From: Lophium mytilinum
Lineage: Eukaryota
Length of the DNA: 64,000 nucleotides
Direction: 5' to 3'
Assembly: GCA_010093605.1 (NCBI GenBank)
Contig: MU004192.1
Location: forward strand, 1,000,882 to 1,064,881
The notes under the pieces are model-generated. The model was not told the DNA's origin and ran no database searches. It worked only from the letters and a program-made list of their open reading frames with translations. Below, piece by piece: positions 26,246 through 39,410 of this stretch (the stretch's first letter is position 1; each line of letters opens with the position of its first letter). The position numbers and the translations under genes are program-made.

Positions 26246-28141
26246 ATGGAATCCGAACCCTCCCGATACACGGATCTTGATCCGCACGGTCGCCAAATCA
26301 GGCTTGTGCACCTATTGCCTGGGACGAAAGATGATCCGATCAAGTGCATACTGCAACTGGTTTCCTTGGATGACAAACCTGTATATCAAACCTTGTCATA
26401 TGTGTGGGGAGACAAAGATATCACCGCCAACATTCAACTCGATGCGAAGCCTTTTGCGGTGACCACCAATCTACACGCCGCATTGCGACGACTCCGCCAG
26501 AAATCGGAAGCCCGTATTATATGGATAGATGCTTTGAGTATCGACCAATCTAGCCCCGACGAAAGAACTCATCAAGTCGGGCTCATGGGCACGATTTATG
26601 AGCAATGTGAAGAAGTCCTCATGTGGCTTGGTGACCGAAACACGGAGTCAGAAGGACCATGGATGACAGTCGAAGATGCACCGGCTCGGCCTTGGTCTGA
26701 CTACGAGACCGGTCCTTCCTGGGGCTTCCTCGAGCACTTTGTCCCAGCTTTCGACAGTGACTTGACCGCATTCGTCATCGTCTATATGATGTCCTGCATG
26801 GACCATGTCCGAGACCTTCCATTCTTGACCCAGCGCGCCGGAAATCACTTGAGTGTCTCCAACGATTATGTCAATGGTTTCAAATGTCTCGACGCTTTCC
26901 TCGATCTCCCTTACTGGTCCCGAATCTGGGTTGTCCAGGAAATGATACTTCCTCCGAGAGCCACGGTAGTCTACGGATCCGTCGTTTTACCTTGGCAGAT
27001 GTTTGCTGATGCTGAAAGGCGATACGGAGAGCATCGGGACACTTGCTGTAGGACAGAAGTGGATAGGTTAATCATCGCAAAACTTCGCGACGCCGTGTTG
27101 AGCATAGAGCAAATTAGAAGCCGGCGCCGCAAAGAGCCTAGTTTCGACTTAGCGCACGTTGCCATTTCGTTTATTCATCTTGCCGCTACAGATCCTCGAG
27201 ATAAAATATACGCGTTACTAGGTTTAGTTGATGATGGATTCAGGACTCAGTCCGATTACACCATCTCAACCCATGAAGCCTACGAAAAAGTCACGCTGGA
27301 CATCATCTTCAGTACGAAAAGCCTACGCTCTCTGGCCTCGAACTCTATTCGCCCGTTAGATTTCCCATCGTGGGTTTGTGTGTGGAATACCCTCCCCCCC
27401 GGTCACATCAGGTATGACGATGACAAACTACGATATGATACGTGTCTTTATTACAACGCATCGGCCAGCAAGGCAATTACAGCGTTGTACCTCTCGAGTT
27501 CTAGGTTACTAGTAGCAGGCACCCATGTCGATATTGCCATTTGGGCTGGAGACGCTTGCCAGTCGTTAGAATCAACCTGGACGGAGGTAACTCGAGCTAT
27601 ACCTTCTGGAGAAGAGCTTTTGGATTTTGCAGGCCTCAAGGAAGGTCTTGAGCAGGCGTACGAGGGCGGCGGAAGTTGGGGCGATGCATATTGGAGGACC
27701 CTTTGCGCAGATGTGTGGTTGCTTCGGAAGGTTGGGGAAACCTGGAGGAGAACGTTACCGGAAGACAAACGTAAATTCGAATACGAGGGAGATGACTTCA
27801 TTCAAATCGGAGGCATGAAGTGTGACCCAGAGGTCGCTCACGCTATCGACTTAGTTACGTCAAACCGGCGCTTTTTCATTACAAGAACTGGATATCTGGG
27901 CCTTGGGCCGGAAGACATGGAGGTGGGGGACAGCGTGTATGTCATAAATGGCAGCAACGTCCCGCTTGTGCTCCGAGAAGAAGTTCCTCATTTCAGAGAT
28001 GAAAGCAATCGTACGAAGGAGAACACTACGGATCCTACGTATCCGCATTTTCGCTTGATTGGACAATGCTATGTACATGGTATAATGGACGGAGAAGCTT
28101 GTCAAGATGCAGAAAAGGATATAGAATTGGTTCTATGCTAA
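26246..28141 (+). CDS. HET-domain (PF06985-like), HET-6-type heterokaryon incompatibility protein
   Basis: IRLVHLLPG..YQTLSYVWG..IWIDALSIDQ..ERTHQVGLMGTIY..YWSRIWVVQE; ATDPRDKIYALLG; C-terminal RRFFITRTGYLGLGP..LIGQCYVHGIMDGE. Confidence 0.93.
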   Translation: MESEPSRYTDLDPHGRQIRLVHLLPGTKDDPIKCILQLVSLDDKPVYQTLSYVWGDKDITANIQLDAKPFAVTTNLHAALRRLRQKSEARIIWIDALSIDQSSPDERTHQVGLMGTIYEQCEEVLMWLGDRNTESEGPWMTVEDAPARPWSDYETGPSWGFLEHFVPAFDSDLTAFVIVYMMSCMDHVRDLPFLTQRAGNHLSVSNDYVNGFKCLDAFLDLPYWSRIWVVQEMILPPRATVVYGSVVLPWQMFADAERRYGEHRDTCCRTEVDRLIIAKLRDAVLSIEQIRSRRRKEPSFDLAHVAISFIHLAATDPRDKIYALLGLVDDGFRTQSDYTISTHEAYEKVTLDIIFSTKSLRSLASNSIRPLDFPSWVCVWNTLPPGHIRYDDDKLRYDTCLYYNASASKAITALYLSSSRLLVAGTHVDIAIWAGDACQSLESTWTEVTRAIPSGEELLDFAGLKEGLEQAYEGGGSWGDAYWRTLCADVWLLRKVGETWRRTLPEDKRKFEYEGDDFIQIGGMKCDPEVAHAIDLVTSNRRFFITRTGYLGLGPEDMEVGDSVYVINGSNVPLVLREEVPHFRDESNRTKENTTDPTYPHFRLIGQCYVHGIMDGEACQDAEKDIELVLC

Positions 28142-29570
28142 TCTCGAATACGACCAGCTCAGGTGATATGGAAGAGGAGCTGGAAAATGATGGGATTCTG
28201 GACATCTATACAAGTTCCGACTGGATTTCAGCATCTCAACGAGTGGGTTAGACTTTGTTCCCCGATCTTTCAATTCGGCTAAGAAAGGAATAAAATCACT
28301 TTTGAACGGCGTATTCAAAACTTATCATTGACGTGCAGGAACGAGCTGGCCAAATTAGAAGGGTCTGCTCGACCGTTTGGACAAGCACCGGGCGATCTGT
28401 GGCCACCTCGTCGAAACGCTCTCAAAGCGTAGGGAATCATGCCCACCAAATCCAGCCTCAAAATCAGGGTATAGCGTCTAGTTATACTGGTAGATCTCCC
28501 GAAGGTTTCCGAATAGCTCACCAAAACATTGTTTATCATGTCAGGAACTGACTTATCTAACTCAGAGCACCTTTGCCTATATCAGCGCTCCATCGTAAGA
28601 CGTCTAACTTACTTCCCGGACCATCAGTTTCCAATATGTAAACAATGAAAGCACCTCAATTGAAACACCTCCAATAGCTCAGACTCACTCCTTCAAACCA
28701 TCCCATGGCTACAACTTAGTCACTACCATAACTTGCACCCTTGCGCTACTACGAAGCTGAAGAGCTACTGTGCCTTTGGATAGACAACTGGGAGCAAGTG
28801 GGTATCTCTCCGTAGCGAGCTATTGACAGCATGAGCTCTCAACTCCAACCTGTTCATTTCCTACTGATGAGATATTGCCGCAAAACTTCTACACAGCTCG
28901 CTTGAATCACACAGGAGAGATCTTCAAGTAAGAGAAACGAGAGCGCGGTGCCTACCCGCAGAGCTAGCCTATATATCGGCACAAAGAGGGCACCTCTTGG
29001 GTGCTTTTGGTGGAAGATTGGCACTCGTAGGGCACGCTTCGGGTACTGAATGTGGAACCTGTAACCCCTATGCGTAGTCAGAAATACTGCTTCTTCTCTT
29101 CTTGTTAACACTCCTAATTCTAGGACCGAAAGAGTCACTTTCTTCCTTCTTGTAGAATGTTCCACTACAAGCAACCATGTGGTGCCCGATATTGACGCGT
29201 TGTAAACGGCGCTGTGTGGGCGTGCGGTCTGGAAGGTTTAGAAACACCTGTTCTACGGGAGACACCCTATGGCATCAAGAGACCAATTGCCCAAATCATG
29301 AATACCTAACTTCTCATTCGACACTCTAATCAGTGCCATGAGCACACCCTGTCACTGTCGTGTTATAGTAAAGAAGTAACCCGAGTTGGAGAGTACTAGC
29401 TTCAGATATAGAACCCGAAGTCACTCCTAGATTCACAACATCAAGACGCCGAAGTGATAGATCAGCAATAATCATCCATTCATCTTGACAGGCTACCAAA
29501 ACGCCCCTAATCCCACCTCCCCATAAAACTCCCAGGATATCAAAAAACGCCCTATCCCAAATCACACAGG

Positions 29571-32500
29571 CTACTCAAACCCAGAATCCAAGCCAGCAAG
29601 GGCACTAAGCCCTCTCCGCCCCTTCACCGCCTTCTTCCGAATACTCTCTCGCCTCCGCTTATCCGACTTCTCCAGAGCAGTGCGCCTCTCTGCCTCCCTC
29701 GCTTGGTAATGGATGTTCGACTTACCACTCCCGCCACGGCGGACCCCCTGAGGAGCTTCAACAGGTGTCGAGGCACCGGAGCTGGTGGTGGAGCTCAAGG
29801 TTGAGCCCTTAGCCGAGAGATTGGAAGTTGCGCGGCGGATCAAGCTAGGGACGCGGAAACCGGGATGGGAGCCGGTGGTGGGTGCGTGGAAGGCCATGGC
29901 GCCTGAGGTGGCTTCGGCCGCCGAGTTACTGCGGGAGAGGGTGAGGCGGTCGATGATGGGACGAGAGGTGCGGGTATCGCGGGTTGTGTCTTCCTCGTCT
30001 TCGCTTTCGGAGGCTGAGAACTGGGACTCGGGAATAGAATGGGGTTCGTCGATCAGGAAGGAGACGGATTCTCGGATGTCGGCAAGAGAGGTAGGCTTGC
30101 GGGCATCATCGACCGCCCCTGTGCGGCGTAGATTAGGCGGAGGGCGATTCTCCTTCTCCAGAGAATCCGTAGGAGCGTGCTTGCGCTTTAGTGGGTTGGG
30201 TGGCGCGGCAGCATCATTTGCCCCCTCAGCTTGCTGAGAATCCGGGACAGAAATAGCTTCAGACTGAGATGCATCAATTTCGATGTCAAAGTCGGGACCA
30301 TCCAGAAGGTAATCGTTGTCGGCATCGTCGTCGAAGTCCTCGAGAGCGCGTAGGAAGGCTGCCTTCTTTGGATTTTGTGCTGAGGGACGTTAGTCAAACG
30401 TACTTATACTACAGCAGAATATGCGTCATACCAATTGCTCCGACCTTCTCGTCGGCGTAGAGTGCTTGTTTCATCTTCTTATACTCCAGCTGCCTCCTTC
30501 TGCGCCGCTCCTCTTCTTCATCCTCCGCATCAGAGAGATCAAAGTCGTTACCGCGCTTACGCCTCAGACCTCCATTGTGAACGTCTTTGTACAGCTTGTC
30601 AAGGGCCTTCTCATCGTCGGCCCGTGATTTCTCCCTGGTGGACCGTTAGTAGATGCTCTGACAGATAGTAACGCTGGGCAGCTTACGCAAAGAATGCAGC
30701 AATCTTCCTCTCATCCACATTGACCTCACTCTCATCAATCATCTTCGCAACCTCCTCGTCCTGCTCTCCACCACTTTCATCATCACTCTGACCCCCTAGT
30801 CCAGCGTATTCATCTTCTGATTCCTCGGCTTGCTCCTCAAACATCTTCTTTGCCTCGCTCGTCTTCCAGTCGAAGTCTTGGATTGCAGCAGATTTCTTGG
30901 CCCCTTTTTTAAGAACCTCAAAAGCATTACCCGACCTGTCAAGACTGTCCGACCCATCCAAATCAGCAGAAAGCATAGTGAGATCCTCGTCGACATCGGA
31001 GAGCGCTGTTGTCGCGGCCGCTCGCCGATGGAGTTTTCCTCTCCTCTTAAGGATTGGTGATTCTGGCACAGGCATAATCACGGTATCAATCGTCGACGCG
31101 GGCGCAATAAGCCCCGCAGGTAGCCTAGATAACTCGAAGCCTACGTCTTGAGTGGGTTCGGGAACCTCGGAAAACTGGGTATCACACGGCTGTCCTTGAG
31201 AAGCGGTCTGAAGCTTGTTAGGGCTTGCACCGGTCTGGGAGTCTCCCGTGGCTTGACTGTTCGGGACAAGCAGGTCAGGAGGAGCATCGGGCATTGCCTC
31301 GTCGAAACTAGGCTGGGTGATAGGAAGGGATCGGAAGAAAGCTAGCGAGTCTTCTTGGGTATCTTGATCGAGAGACTGGCTGGGCTGTGGTTGAGATTGC
31401 AGATTCGCCATTGTTCCGGCAAACATCTGGGTGAGTCCCAAGGAAGTGGTGTTGTCCATATTGAAACCGAACGCAGCCATGCCATCGTCGGGGGTAGATT
31501 GCGATGGCACAGCTTTCTCCTGAGAATCAAGATCACTTTCCTCGTCGTCTTCGATGATGACCTTTCTCGACCGCTTCTTCATACGCTGTGGTTGAGGCAC
31601 AGGGACTGCGTCCTCGTCTGACGCCTCGCCATCAGCGTCTACTTCCTCTTGCTCAGGCTCATTGTCTTCGCCGGCTTCCCGGTCGAACATGTCAGCAACT
31701 TCCGCATCCTTGCCTGTCTCTCCATCGTCTACGTCGTCGTCACCCTCTTCACCCTCATCGTCCACTGCCATCTCTTCATCTTCCGACCCTGATAGTTCAA
31801 GGTCGTCTTCAGCCTGATCCTCGATGTCTTCGTCGCCAATCTCTTCCTTTCCACTTCCTGCCCAATCTTCATCGTCCTCGTCATCACTGTCTAGCACATC
31901 ATCGCCTTTGCCGTCTTTCTTCGCATCTGCTTTCTCTTTCTTCGCCAGCTTCGCATCCATTTCTCGAGCCTTGTCCAACATGCTGTCTAGCTGGAGCTGC
32001 TCTCTCTCAATTTCCTCTTCTGTTTGAAAGATTTTCCCTTGAGCCTTGAGTTCGGCCAAGCGTTCGTCTCGTCCCTTTAGAGCTTGCTGACGTGCGAGCT
32101 GCTGCAGTTTCGCTTGAAGCCCGGAAGGATTCATCGAAATGCGGCCCTTTGGTCCTTGCTTCCCGGGTGACGTGAGGTTAGCAAGAACTCGTTGGGTGAT
32201 TAAAGCTCTTGAATCTTTATGTTGCTGCTTCGGAATCCGATCAAATACGGGAAATCGACTCTTCGGCTTGGTGATCTCAAGGTCCTCGTCGGAGTCGAGA
32301 TCAACGTCCTGTGATGTGAATTGCTTCGGCAGAACTACGCGAACGTTCCGTGCGATGATAGGTCGTTTAGTCTGAGCGGCTAAAGGATTAAGAGGGATAT
32401 GTAGAGAATCAGCTGCACGTCCTTTGCCCTTGTCTACACTTTTTGGCTGGGAAAGAATATCCTTGAGGTCTGGAAGATCCTGGTCGCTATCACGATCTGC

Positions 32501-33670
32501 CGTTGTTGTTGGGTCGATTGTCATAAAGACGTCTTTTTGTGCATACTCGTCTTGACTTGGCGGGCTCGTTGGTGGGGTTTCATGCCCGTGGGGCCCTTCT
32601 ACATCAGATGATGCTGCCACAGAGCTGAGACTGGTTTCAAAGGTGTCCTGGGCGGATGATTGCGTGATGGTGTTTTCCTGTACAGGGTTGAGCCTGGAAA
32701 CCAAATCCTGCATGTTGAACTTCTTCTTTGTCTTCGCTTGATGCGCCAGCTGCATGTTGCGCTCCATCCTCTGTGTCTCCCTGTGCAACTCCTCCAAAGC
32801 TTTCTTACTCGCTTTACGAGTAGGGCGTGCTTGTTGCGTGAGACGTCTACCGGTCTCGCCATCTGCGTCACTCTCCGAGTCTGCTGTGATGTTCTTACGA
32901 GAACGGGCAGACACTTTCTCAAGGCGCTTGATCTTTTCCTGGTCTCTCTTCCGACTCTCTTCTTCCTGTGCCTTCCTCTCTGCTCGCTTTTTGGCAACAA
33001 GTTCACGGAGCCGAGAATTTTGCGTAGCATTCGGGAGAGAGTCAGAGTCAGACTCTCCTGTAGCGACACGAGCGGTGCCCTTCGCTCGGATAGGAGAATC
33101 ACGGCTTGGAGAGACAAACAGGCCAGGCGAAGAGGCACGAGACTGGGTGACTGGTGTTTGCGAGCGTCTGGGTGATGGACTTGCTGCTTTCCGTTTCAGA
33201 AGATTGCGGCGACTACTCATCTTTACTGGGCTTTCTTCCTCGTCCTGACTAGCCGCCTTGCTAGATGTAGAATCTGAATCTGAGAAGTCCTTCCGGGGCT
33301 GGGTCCTACCCTTGCCATGTTCCGACGCGTCCAGTGCACTCTTCGATGCCAAGCCTGATCCGAAATTCTGACCTAGCAGACGTGCCGCAAGCTTTCCTCG
33401 TGGTTGCCGGACTGGTGTATCTTCATCCTCCTCTTCCGAAACGCTGTTCACGAGACTCTCACGCTGCCCTTCCGCGTTCTTGGATGGTGTACTGGAGGTA
33501 GAAGACGTAACTGACGCGTCATTCTCATCGTAGTCTTCTGGAATGACAGGGCTAGATCGGTTCTGCGAGGGCTTTGGAGAATGCTCAATTGAGGAAATCT
33601 CAGCATTCTGTGAGGGAATTTGGATGGAGGTAGCGCGGCTGGAGCGCGTGGGGGAGGCGGGCGAAGACAT
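29571..33670 (-). CDS. MRC1: Mediator of replication checkpoint protein 1 (claspin orthologue)
   Basis: TQQARPTRKASKKALEE..ETQRM, GLTQMFAGTMA, MFEEQAEESEDEYAGLGG motifs; many SQ/TQ; introns 30635-30686 and 30380-30431. Confidence 0.9.
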
Positions 33671-33963
33671 TTTAGTCAGGTAAATAGGGAGGAGACTTTG
33701 CTAGAGAACACAATGTTTCAAACCGAGCTTGAAGTCATGAGCTATTGTGGTGGTGATAGAATTCGAAAAATAGCGCGCGGGGATGGAGGTGGAAGAGAGC
33801 TTAAAGAGCGCGCGCGACTTGATGTCGCGTTGGCGCTAACCCTGAACAAGAAACCAGCCACTCTGTCGGCTGAACTTCGGAGGTGTGGTCCCCGCGCTCA
33901 TCACGCTCTCGGTGAAACCGCCGCGTCAAGACTGCCGACGACGACACTGTTCGTCTCTACACA
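33671..33963. promoter_or_regulatory. Short bidirectional promoter (MRC1 / NDUFAF2-like) with clustered CGCG (MCB-like) elements
   Basis: 293 bp between divergent ATGs; GCGCGCGG, GCGCGCGCGA, TCGCGT, CCGCGT. Confidence 0.55.
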
Positions 33964-34770
33964 ATGCCGTCCCAACCAGGCTCAATACGACAGGCATGGT
34001 ACAACTGGAAGATGAAGAAGCTTCCATGGCGGAAGCGGTGGCTAGTGGGTGAGTTCCCGGCTTCAATCACCTTTGCCGGACCGCCGCAAGCTCCACCGCA
34101 GTATTATGCGAAAGATCCTCTTCACTGGCTTTAGCTACATTCAATGCGCTTATATTGGCCAGTACTGACTCCATTATGTAGGCTTTGATCTGTCCGGGAA
34201 TACATACTGGGAATTCAAGGATGCCTTAAACCAGAACCGCCTACGTCGCATAGCCAAATATGCAAGATCAACGCACCATAGCGATGTCAATGTATCACGT
34301 ACGCTGCTCCTCCATCTTCGACCAGCGCAATGGCGTCTGACTATGTGCCTCTAGCACAATGGATGCAGTGGCTTCGGCATACACGAGCAGATCCTCCTTC
34401 CCTCACCGAACAGCAAGCCGACGTGATACGACGAGAACAAACAAAAGTGCTAGCTGCGGCGGCGGACCAGCGATGGGCGTCCAAACCGTCCATGCTTGAT
34501 CCTCTCGACAAGCAGCAACCAACACCAATGCTTGCATCTAGAGAGCCGGCCGTTAGTCTTGCGCATGACGACGAGTCATCAGACATTCCGAAAAGTCTTG
34601 TAGATGCGCCTCAAGAAGCCAAAGTCACGCCGAAGAGAGCAACTGGCCATGGGCTTAATAGCAAAGGGGAGGTGAAGGAATCGCCCTGGTACAAGGGTCC
34701 CAAAGGTGGACCGAGTGAGGACTGGCAGCCAGAAGCCTGGTCGCCTAGTCCTGCCCGAAAAAGAGCATAG
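33964..34770 (+). CDS. Complex I assembly factor, NDUFA12/NDUFAF2 (N7BML)-like
   Basis: Spliced WYNWKMKKLPWRKRWLVGFDLSGNTYWEF..RRI..PQWMQWLRHTRADPPS; C-terminal WQPEAWSP; introns 34049-34181, 34299-34354. Confidence 0.85.
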
Positions 34771-35410
34771 ATCATGTAAAAAATACTGTAATATCACTGT
34801 AAGAACGACGGCCCGCGAGCCCGCGTCAGCATATACGACTTGTGCAAGCTCAAGTTGACCTGAAGCTTGGTATGGCAATGCTAAATGACATAGAAAGATA
34901 TAACGATCACTAACGAATGTGCCGAAACTAACCAAAATCCTGGCCATAGAAATAGGAGTGGTGTTTGGTATGTCGAGATATACGATCTAACGACAGGTGG
35001 CTATATTAAGCGATGGGTTTGTCGAAAATGCATTTATCTATAGAATGTTGTTTGTTATCTCATAGTCGCTAAACTCGATATGCTCAACCACGGTACTCGT
35101 GTTGGAATCATGGCGCCCCTCACGGTAAGCGATTTGAAACCTGTCCTGGAGCGCTTCCTGATGTACAACGAATATCTGGCACCGACTTCCAGTTGACGTT
35201 CGCCTATGGTAGAGGGTAAATGCCTCAAAGTGCACACTTCTACCTACCACTCTACCACACCTTTTCGGCGCCGCAGAAACCTTCGATAGCGGCACTTCGA
35301 CCACCAAGCGGCAACTGTTCCCGTCTACTACGTGTTCTCAGAACACTGGCAGCTTCACTAATAAACCCGTCGCAAAAGCTTTTCGCGCAAACATCACACC
35401 TTCTCCGAAG

Positions 35411-36466
35411 ATGCCAGCGCATGTCTTCCACCGTGAGTCTCTCAATAAAGACACACTGATCAGCTGTTCCTGTGCTAATTTGAGTGCAGGTAGCATCGAC
35501 GAGCTAGCTGTCCAAGAAGGCCAACGAGCGCCATGTGCCGCAAGTAGTCAACTTTTCCCCATTTATCGTCAGCCTTTCCGCATCATGGATCTTCCTCAGG
35601 AGCTCATAGACAAGATCCTTGTTTTCGCAGTCGGGGGCATTGTGCAACCGATCGCAAGAGGAAAGAATGCATTCCGTGGAAGATGTGCACGTGGAATGGG
35701 CAAGTCGGGTGAAAAGTATGAAATTGCTTTTCAACCCCCGAGTGTCTCGCTTCTCATGGTCCGCAAGTACTTTTTCCGTGTCGTAAAGGAGCAGATATGG
35801 TGGCAACACACCTGGAAGCATTTCTCTAAGGCAACAGACTTTCTACCTTTCGTGGCCTCCACAATGAATAGAAGCCAGCTCAACGGAATAATACTACCCA
35901 CCCTATCCGATTCATACCAATTCAAGGCGCTTCAAAGGATACACCTAAATCTCCGTACGGCAGCGTACCTAGAATTCTTCGCCGTGCCCCTCCGGCCTTT
36001 TAGCGATCCGTCCTGGCAGGGTGAAATGTGGGGAGCGGCCTGCATACTCGGTGATATCCCGTGCATCAAAACCCTCGAGTTCAGCTTTGAACTGAGTTAC
36101 CTTGATTCTATACGGGCTAAACGTGGACCCTGGTGTGAACACTGTATAGAGCCTCTCTGGAACGAGGACGATACCTCTGAAGCTTGGGCCTGGCTGTCTG
36201 ACATGGATATGCGCCTGGGGCTTAATTTCGACCACCGTCTGAGGGAAATAGTGATCGATTGGATCATTTCACATGCGTACGGCGCAGACTACCTCGACTG
36301 GATTGAGGAAGTGAAGATATTGATATCGGAAGACATAGAGGCATCGTATATTGAGCGGTGGGATACGATGGAGGAGACACGACGACAGAATGGCAAGGTG
36401 TTTCCTATTGGCCAGATAAACCTTTCACAGCTTAAGGGAGCTAGAGAGTGGGAAGACTTCAATTAG
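35411..36466 (+). CDS. Hypothetical protein with F-box-like N-terminal motif
   Basis: 351-codon ORF (probable 57-nt in-frame intron 35433-35489); PFRIMDLPQELIDKIL motif; start uncertain. Confidence 0.6.
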   Translation: MPAHVFHRESLNKDTLISCSCANLSAGSIDELAVQEGQRAPCAASSQLFPIYRQPFRIMDLPQELIDKILVFAVGGIVQPIARGKNAFRGRCARGMGKSGEKYEIAFQPPSVSLLMVRKYFFRVVKEQIWWQHTWKHFSKATDFLPFVASTMNRSQLNGIILPTLSDSYQFKALQRIHLNLRTAAYLEFFAVPLRPFSDPSWQGEMWGAACILGDIPCIKTLEFSFELSYLDSIRAKRGPWCEHCIEPLWNEDDTSEAWAWLSDMDMRLGLNFDHRLREIVIDWIISHAYGADYLDWIEEVKILISEDIEASYIERWDTMEETRRQNGKVFPIGQINLSQLKGAREWEDFN

Positions 36467-36776
36467 TTGCGACATGGATAGCAGATAGTTGTAAAGCTCA
36501 AGCTTGCTTACAGAATACCTCTTCTAAAGCTTGTGGAAATGTGCAATCCAATGTGCTGAGAAGACATACAAAAGTCCAATGCCAAGCCTGACAAAGAAGC
36601 TCTTGCTGCGCGTTCGCGTCCTCAATCGTTTTCACTCACTCCAGCCCTCCCCACATTCGTTGCCGCCGTCATCTGGCCTCCAATTCCACAGCATGAACAT
36701 CACCTCGCCTTAGCTCTAACGACTGCATGAGCAAAGCTTCACCACCACCCTCCCGCACGCGCCTCCGCAGCTCACA

Positions 36777-38882
36777 ATGGCGACGCCCACGCCCTCCACC
36801 AACACGCCCCAAAAGCACCTGGCTGCCTTCTCCTCCCCCGCCCCACGCAGCGTGCCTGGCATGATCAACTTCGACTCGCCCGCCGCCCTCGGCTTGTCCC
36901 TCGAAGGCGGCGTGGGCATGGGGATCAGCATGAGCGGGCTGAGCGGGCTGGGCCTGACGGGGAGCTCCATGGGCGGGCGCGCAGACGACGACGAGCGCCG
37001 GCGCAGGTTGGAGGCTATAATAGCGACGCTGCGCGCGAGACCGGGGCGCGTGAGCCAGGAAGGGGTGGAGCGGTTGAGCAAGAGGTGTGGACTGGATTTC
37101 TCGTCCGAGACGCAGAAGAACGGGCAGGTGATAAAGGCGATTGCGGGGAGATCTTTCATTCTGGATGTGAGTGAGAGTACTTCTGTAGAGATCTGGGGCT
37201 ACTGTTTGCTAATGCGCGCATAGGTCACTTTTGACGCAGATGCCGTGGAGCGGGTCAAGTTTGAGACTGTGTATGAGAACGCTGCGCCTTTCTCGAAAAC
37301 GGCGGCGAAGACACTGAGGAAGAATCTCTCTCCTACGCCCGAACTCTCTCGTATCAACCTCACGCTGGATCGGTTCGCGCATAATCTGGAACGGTTGGCA
37401 CGAATGGATAGGCTGAGCTCGCAGGAAGTTAGCTGCTTCGAGGCCATATCGGGGGTATACACAAGCTTGAAGAAGCTGTTCGACTATGAGAAGCAAGCCG
37501 CCAAAACGCTCATCAACGCGAGGTCCGGAAACATTGACGAGAAAGCGGAGCGCGAGGTTCTGAGCAAGAAGAGCGGGAGGCCACGAATGAATGCAGGAGA
37601 ATGTGTGGGCCTATCTCTCGAATACTGGATGGATCGGAGACACGTCCTCCCACGGCTCTCGAAGACCAAGCAGAAAGCTGCCGTAGACAAAAATCACATG
37701 GATGTTGACAGTGATGGTTCCGACACGCCCTCTGAGCCTGAGACCGAGTTGAACAAGATATACTCGTTGTCGATAGAATGCGAACCTTCACCAGCAACCA
37801 TATATCAGCCTATTCGCGTGTCCGATGCCTGGATATCTGAGCAAGTTGAAAAACCGTCTGGAGATCCTGAAAACATGTTCCAAGGGCCGAGCATCGATTG
37901 GCTTGAACCGCCCTCTACATACATAAATGCCCCAGGCGCCGAGGATCACGATGCCATGAATATCGGGGCGGACGCGACATCCAACATCGGGAGTCTCCCA
38001 AACATCCGCTTCGTCGCAAAGCTCAACCCTCCACTGGTCGTCCCACTCTCCGTAGCCGTAGCCATCGTCCAGTCCTTAGGCAACGAGATACCCCAAGACG
38101 CGATCAAAGCCACCACCTTCGTCGGCCTCGCCCTCCGACCCTCAGAAATCGACCCCGCGGCCGTCGGCCTAGCAGGCGAAACAACTCAAGAGATCCGAAG
38201 CGAGAAGAGCGTACTAGTAGTCCGCAAAGACGGCCAAGAAGAAGAGCGCCACCACGCAAACTCCCTCTACGTCCCCAAAACCGAATACGCCCGCGTCCTC
38301 GACGAGCTCCCCTTCCAGCACCCGCGGCAGCTAGTCGAAATCCTCCCCGTAAGCCCCCCCTCCCCATACCTACTCTCTGCCTCAAAACCTAACTCGAAAC
38401 GACAGACACTCCGCCAATACGCCTTCCTAACCTCCCTCCTCCAATCCTCCTTCCCACCACCCCCTCCACCCCTCCTCAACCCCTCCGATCCCCCTTCTAC
38501 TCCCCAACCGCCCACCCTCCAAATCGACCTCACCCTCCACTACGCCCAACCAACCCCCCGCCTCACAATCCACCTCCCCCACCCCTCCCCCGACGCCGCA
38601 GCCGCCACAGACCCCCTCGCGGCAATCCTTTCTCCAGCGGCCCCAACCGCGCCCCTCACCGTCGCCATCGACGTGCTCGCGAACGCGGAGCTGCTCGTCG
38701 CGGAGCAAAACATCGTGAGCGCGGAGGAAGCCGACGCGGCGGTGGTGCGGCGGGTGGGGCGGGCGCTGGATCTGAGCGGGGACGTGGGGGTGTGGGCGGA
38801 GTGGGTTTGGGGTCGGATGGGCAGTAGCAGCGGTGCGGCGGGAGCGGGAGCGGGGAGTGGTGCTGTGGCTGATGCGATGTGA
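36777..38882 (+). CDS. MED1: Mediator of RNA polymerase II transcription subunit 1
   Basis: MATPTP..GRVSQEGVERL, FAHNLERLARMDRLS..CFEAISGVYTSL, SGRPRMN..GLSLEYW, LPFQHPRQLVEILP-TLRQYAF; introns 37167-37223, 38349-38405. Confidence 0.88.
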
Positions 38883-39410
38883 TGTGCTGGGCCACGTGGG
38901 GATTGCGTTTTGCGTTGGTAATGGGGTGTGGATGGATGGCTGACCGCGATGGTGGGTTCTCGAGGCGCGCAAGTGGAGTGGAAGCGAGAACGTGAGGGGT
39001 GGTGGGGATATGTACGATTAGTGAGTGATGAAAATGTTTCGAGACTTCACGCACGCTTCACGGCAAGGCAGAGATAGTGAGGTTTTCTCCGGTCCAAGCA
39101 TGCATTCTCTACGAGTACATATGGGTGTAGTGTGTTTGTTTGTGGGTTTGTGTGGTGTGAGTCCCTTGCATTTAGCAGGGCACCTTTGGAGGGAGAAAGA
39201 AAAGAGACAAAGCATCCGCCACAAGTATAAAGGCTTCACCTCTATATCCGCTCAGAAGTCGTCCTGGGAAACATGCTAACATGCATTACATCGTTCAAGG
39301 GTTGTAAGGGGTGGTCTAGGGGGGTGTGATAACATTTGTGATGAGTGGTATCGAGGTTGGTGAGTGTCGAGAGTATTAGGGAAGGGTGATGTAGGGGGTG
39401 GTGGGGCAAT

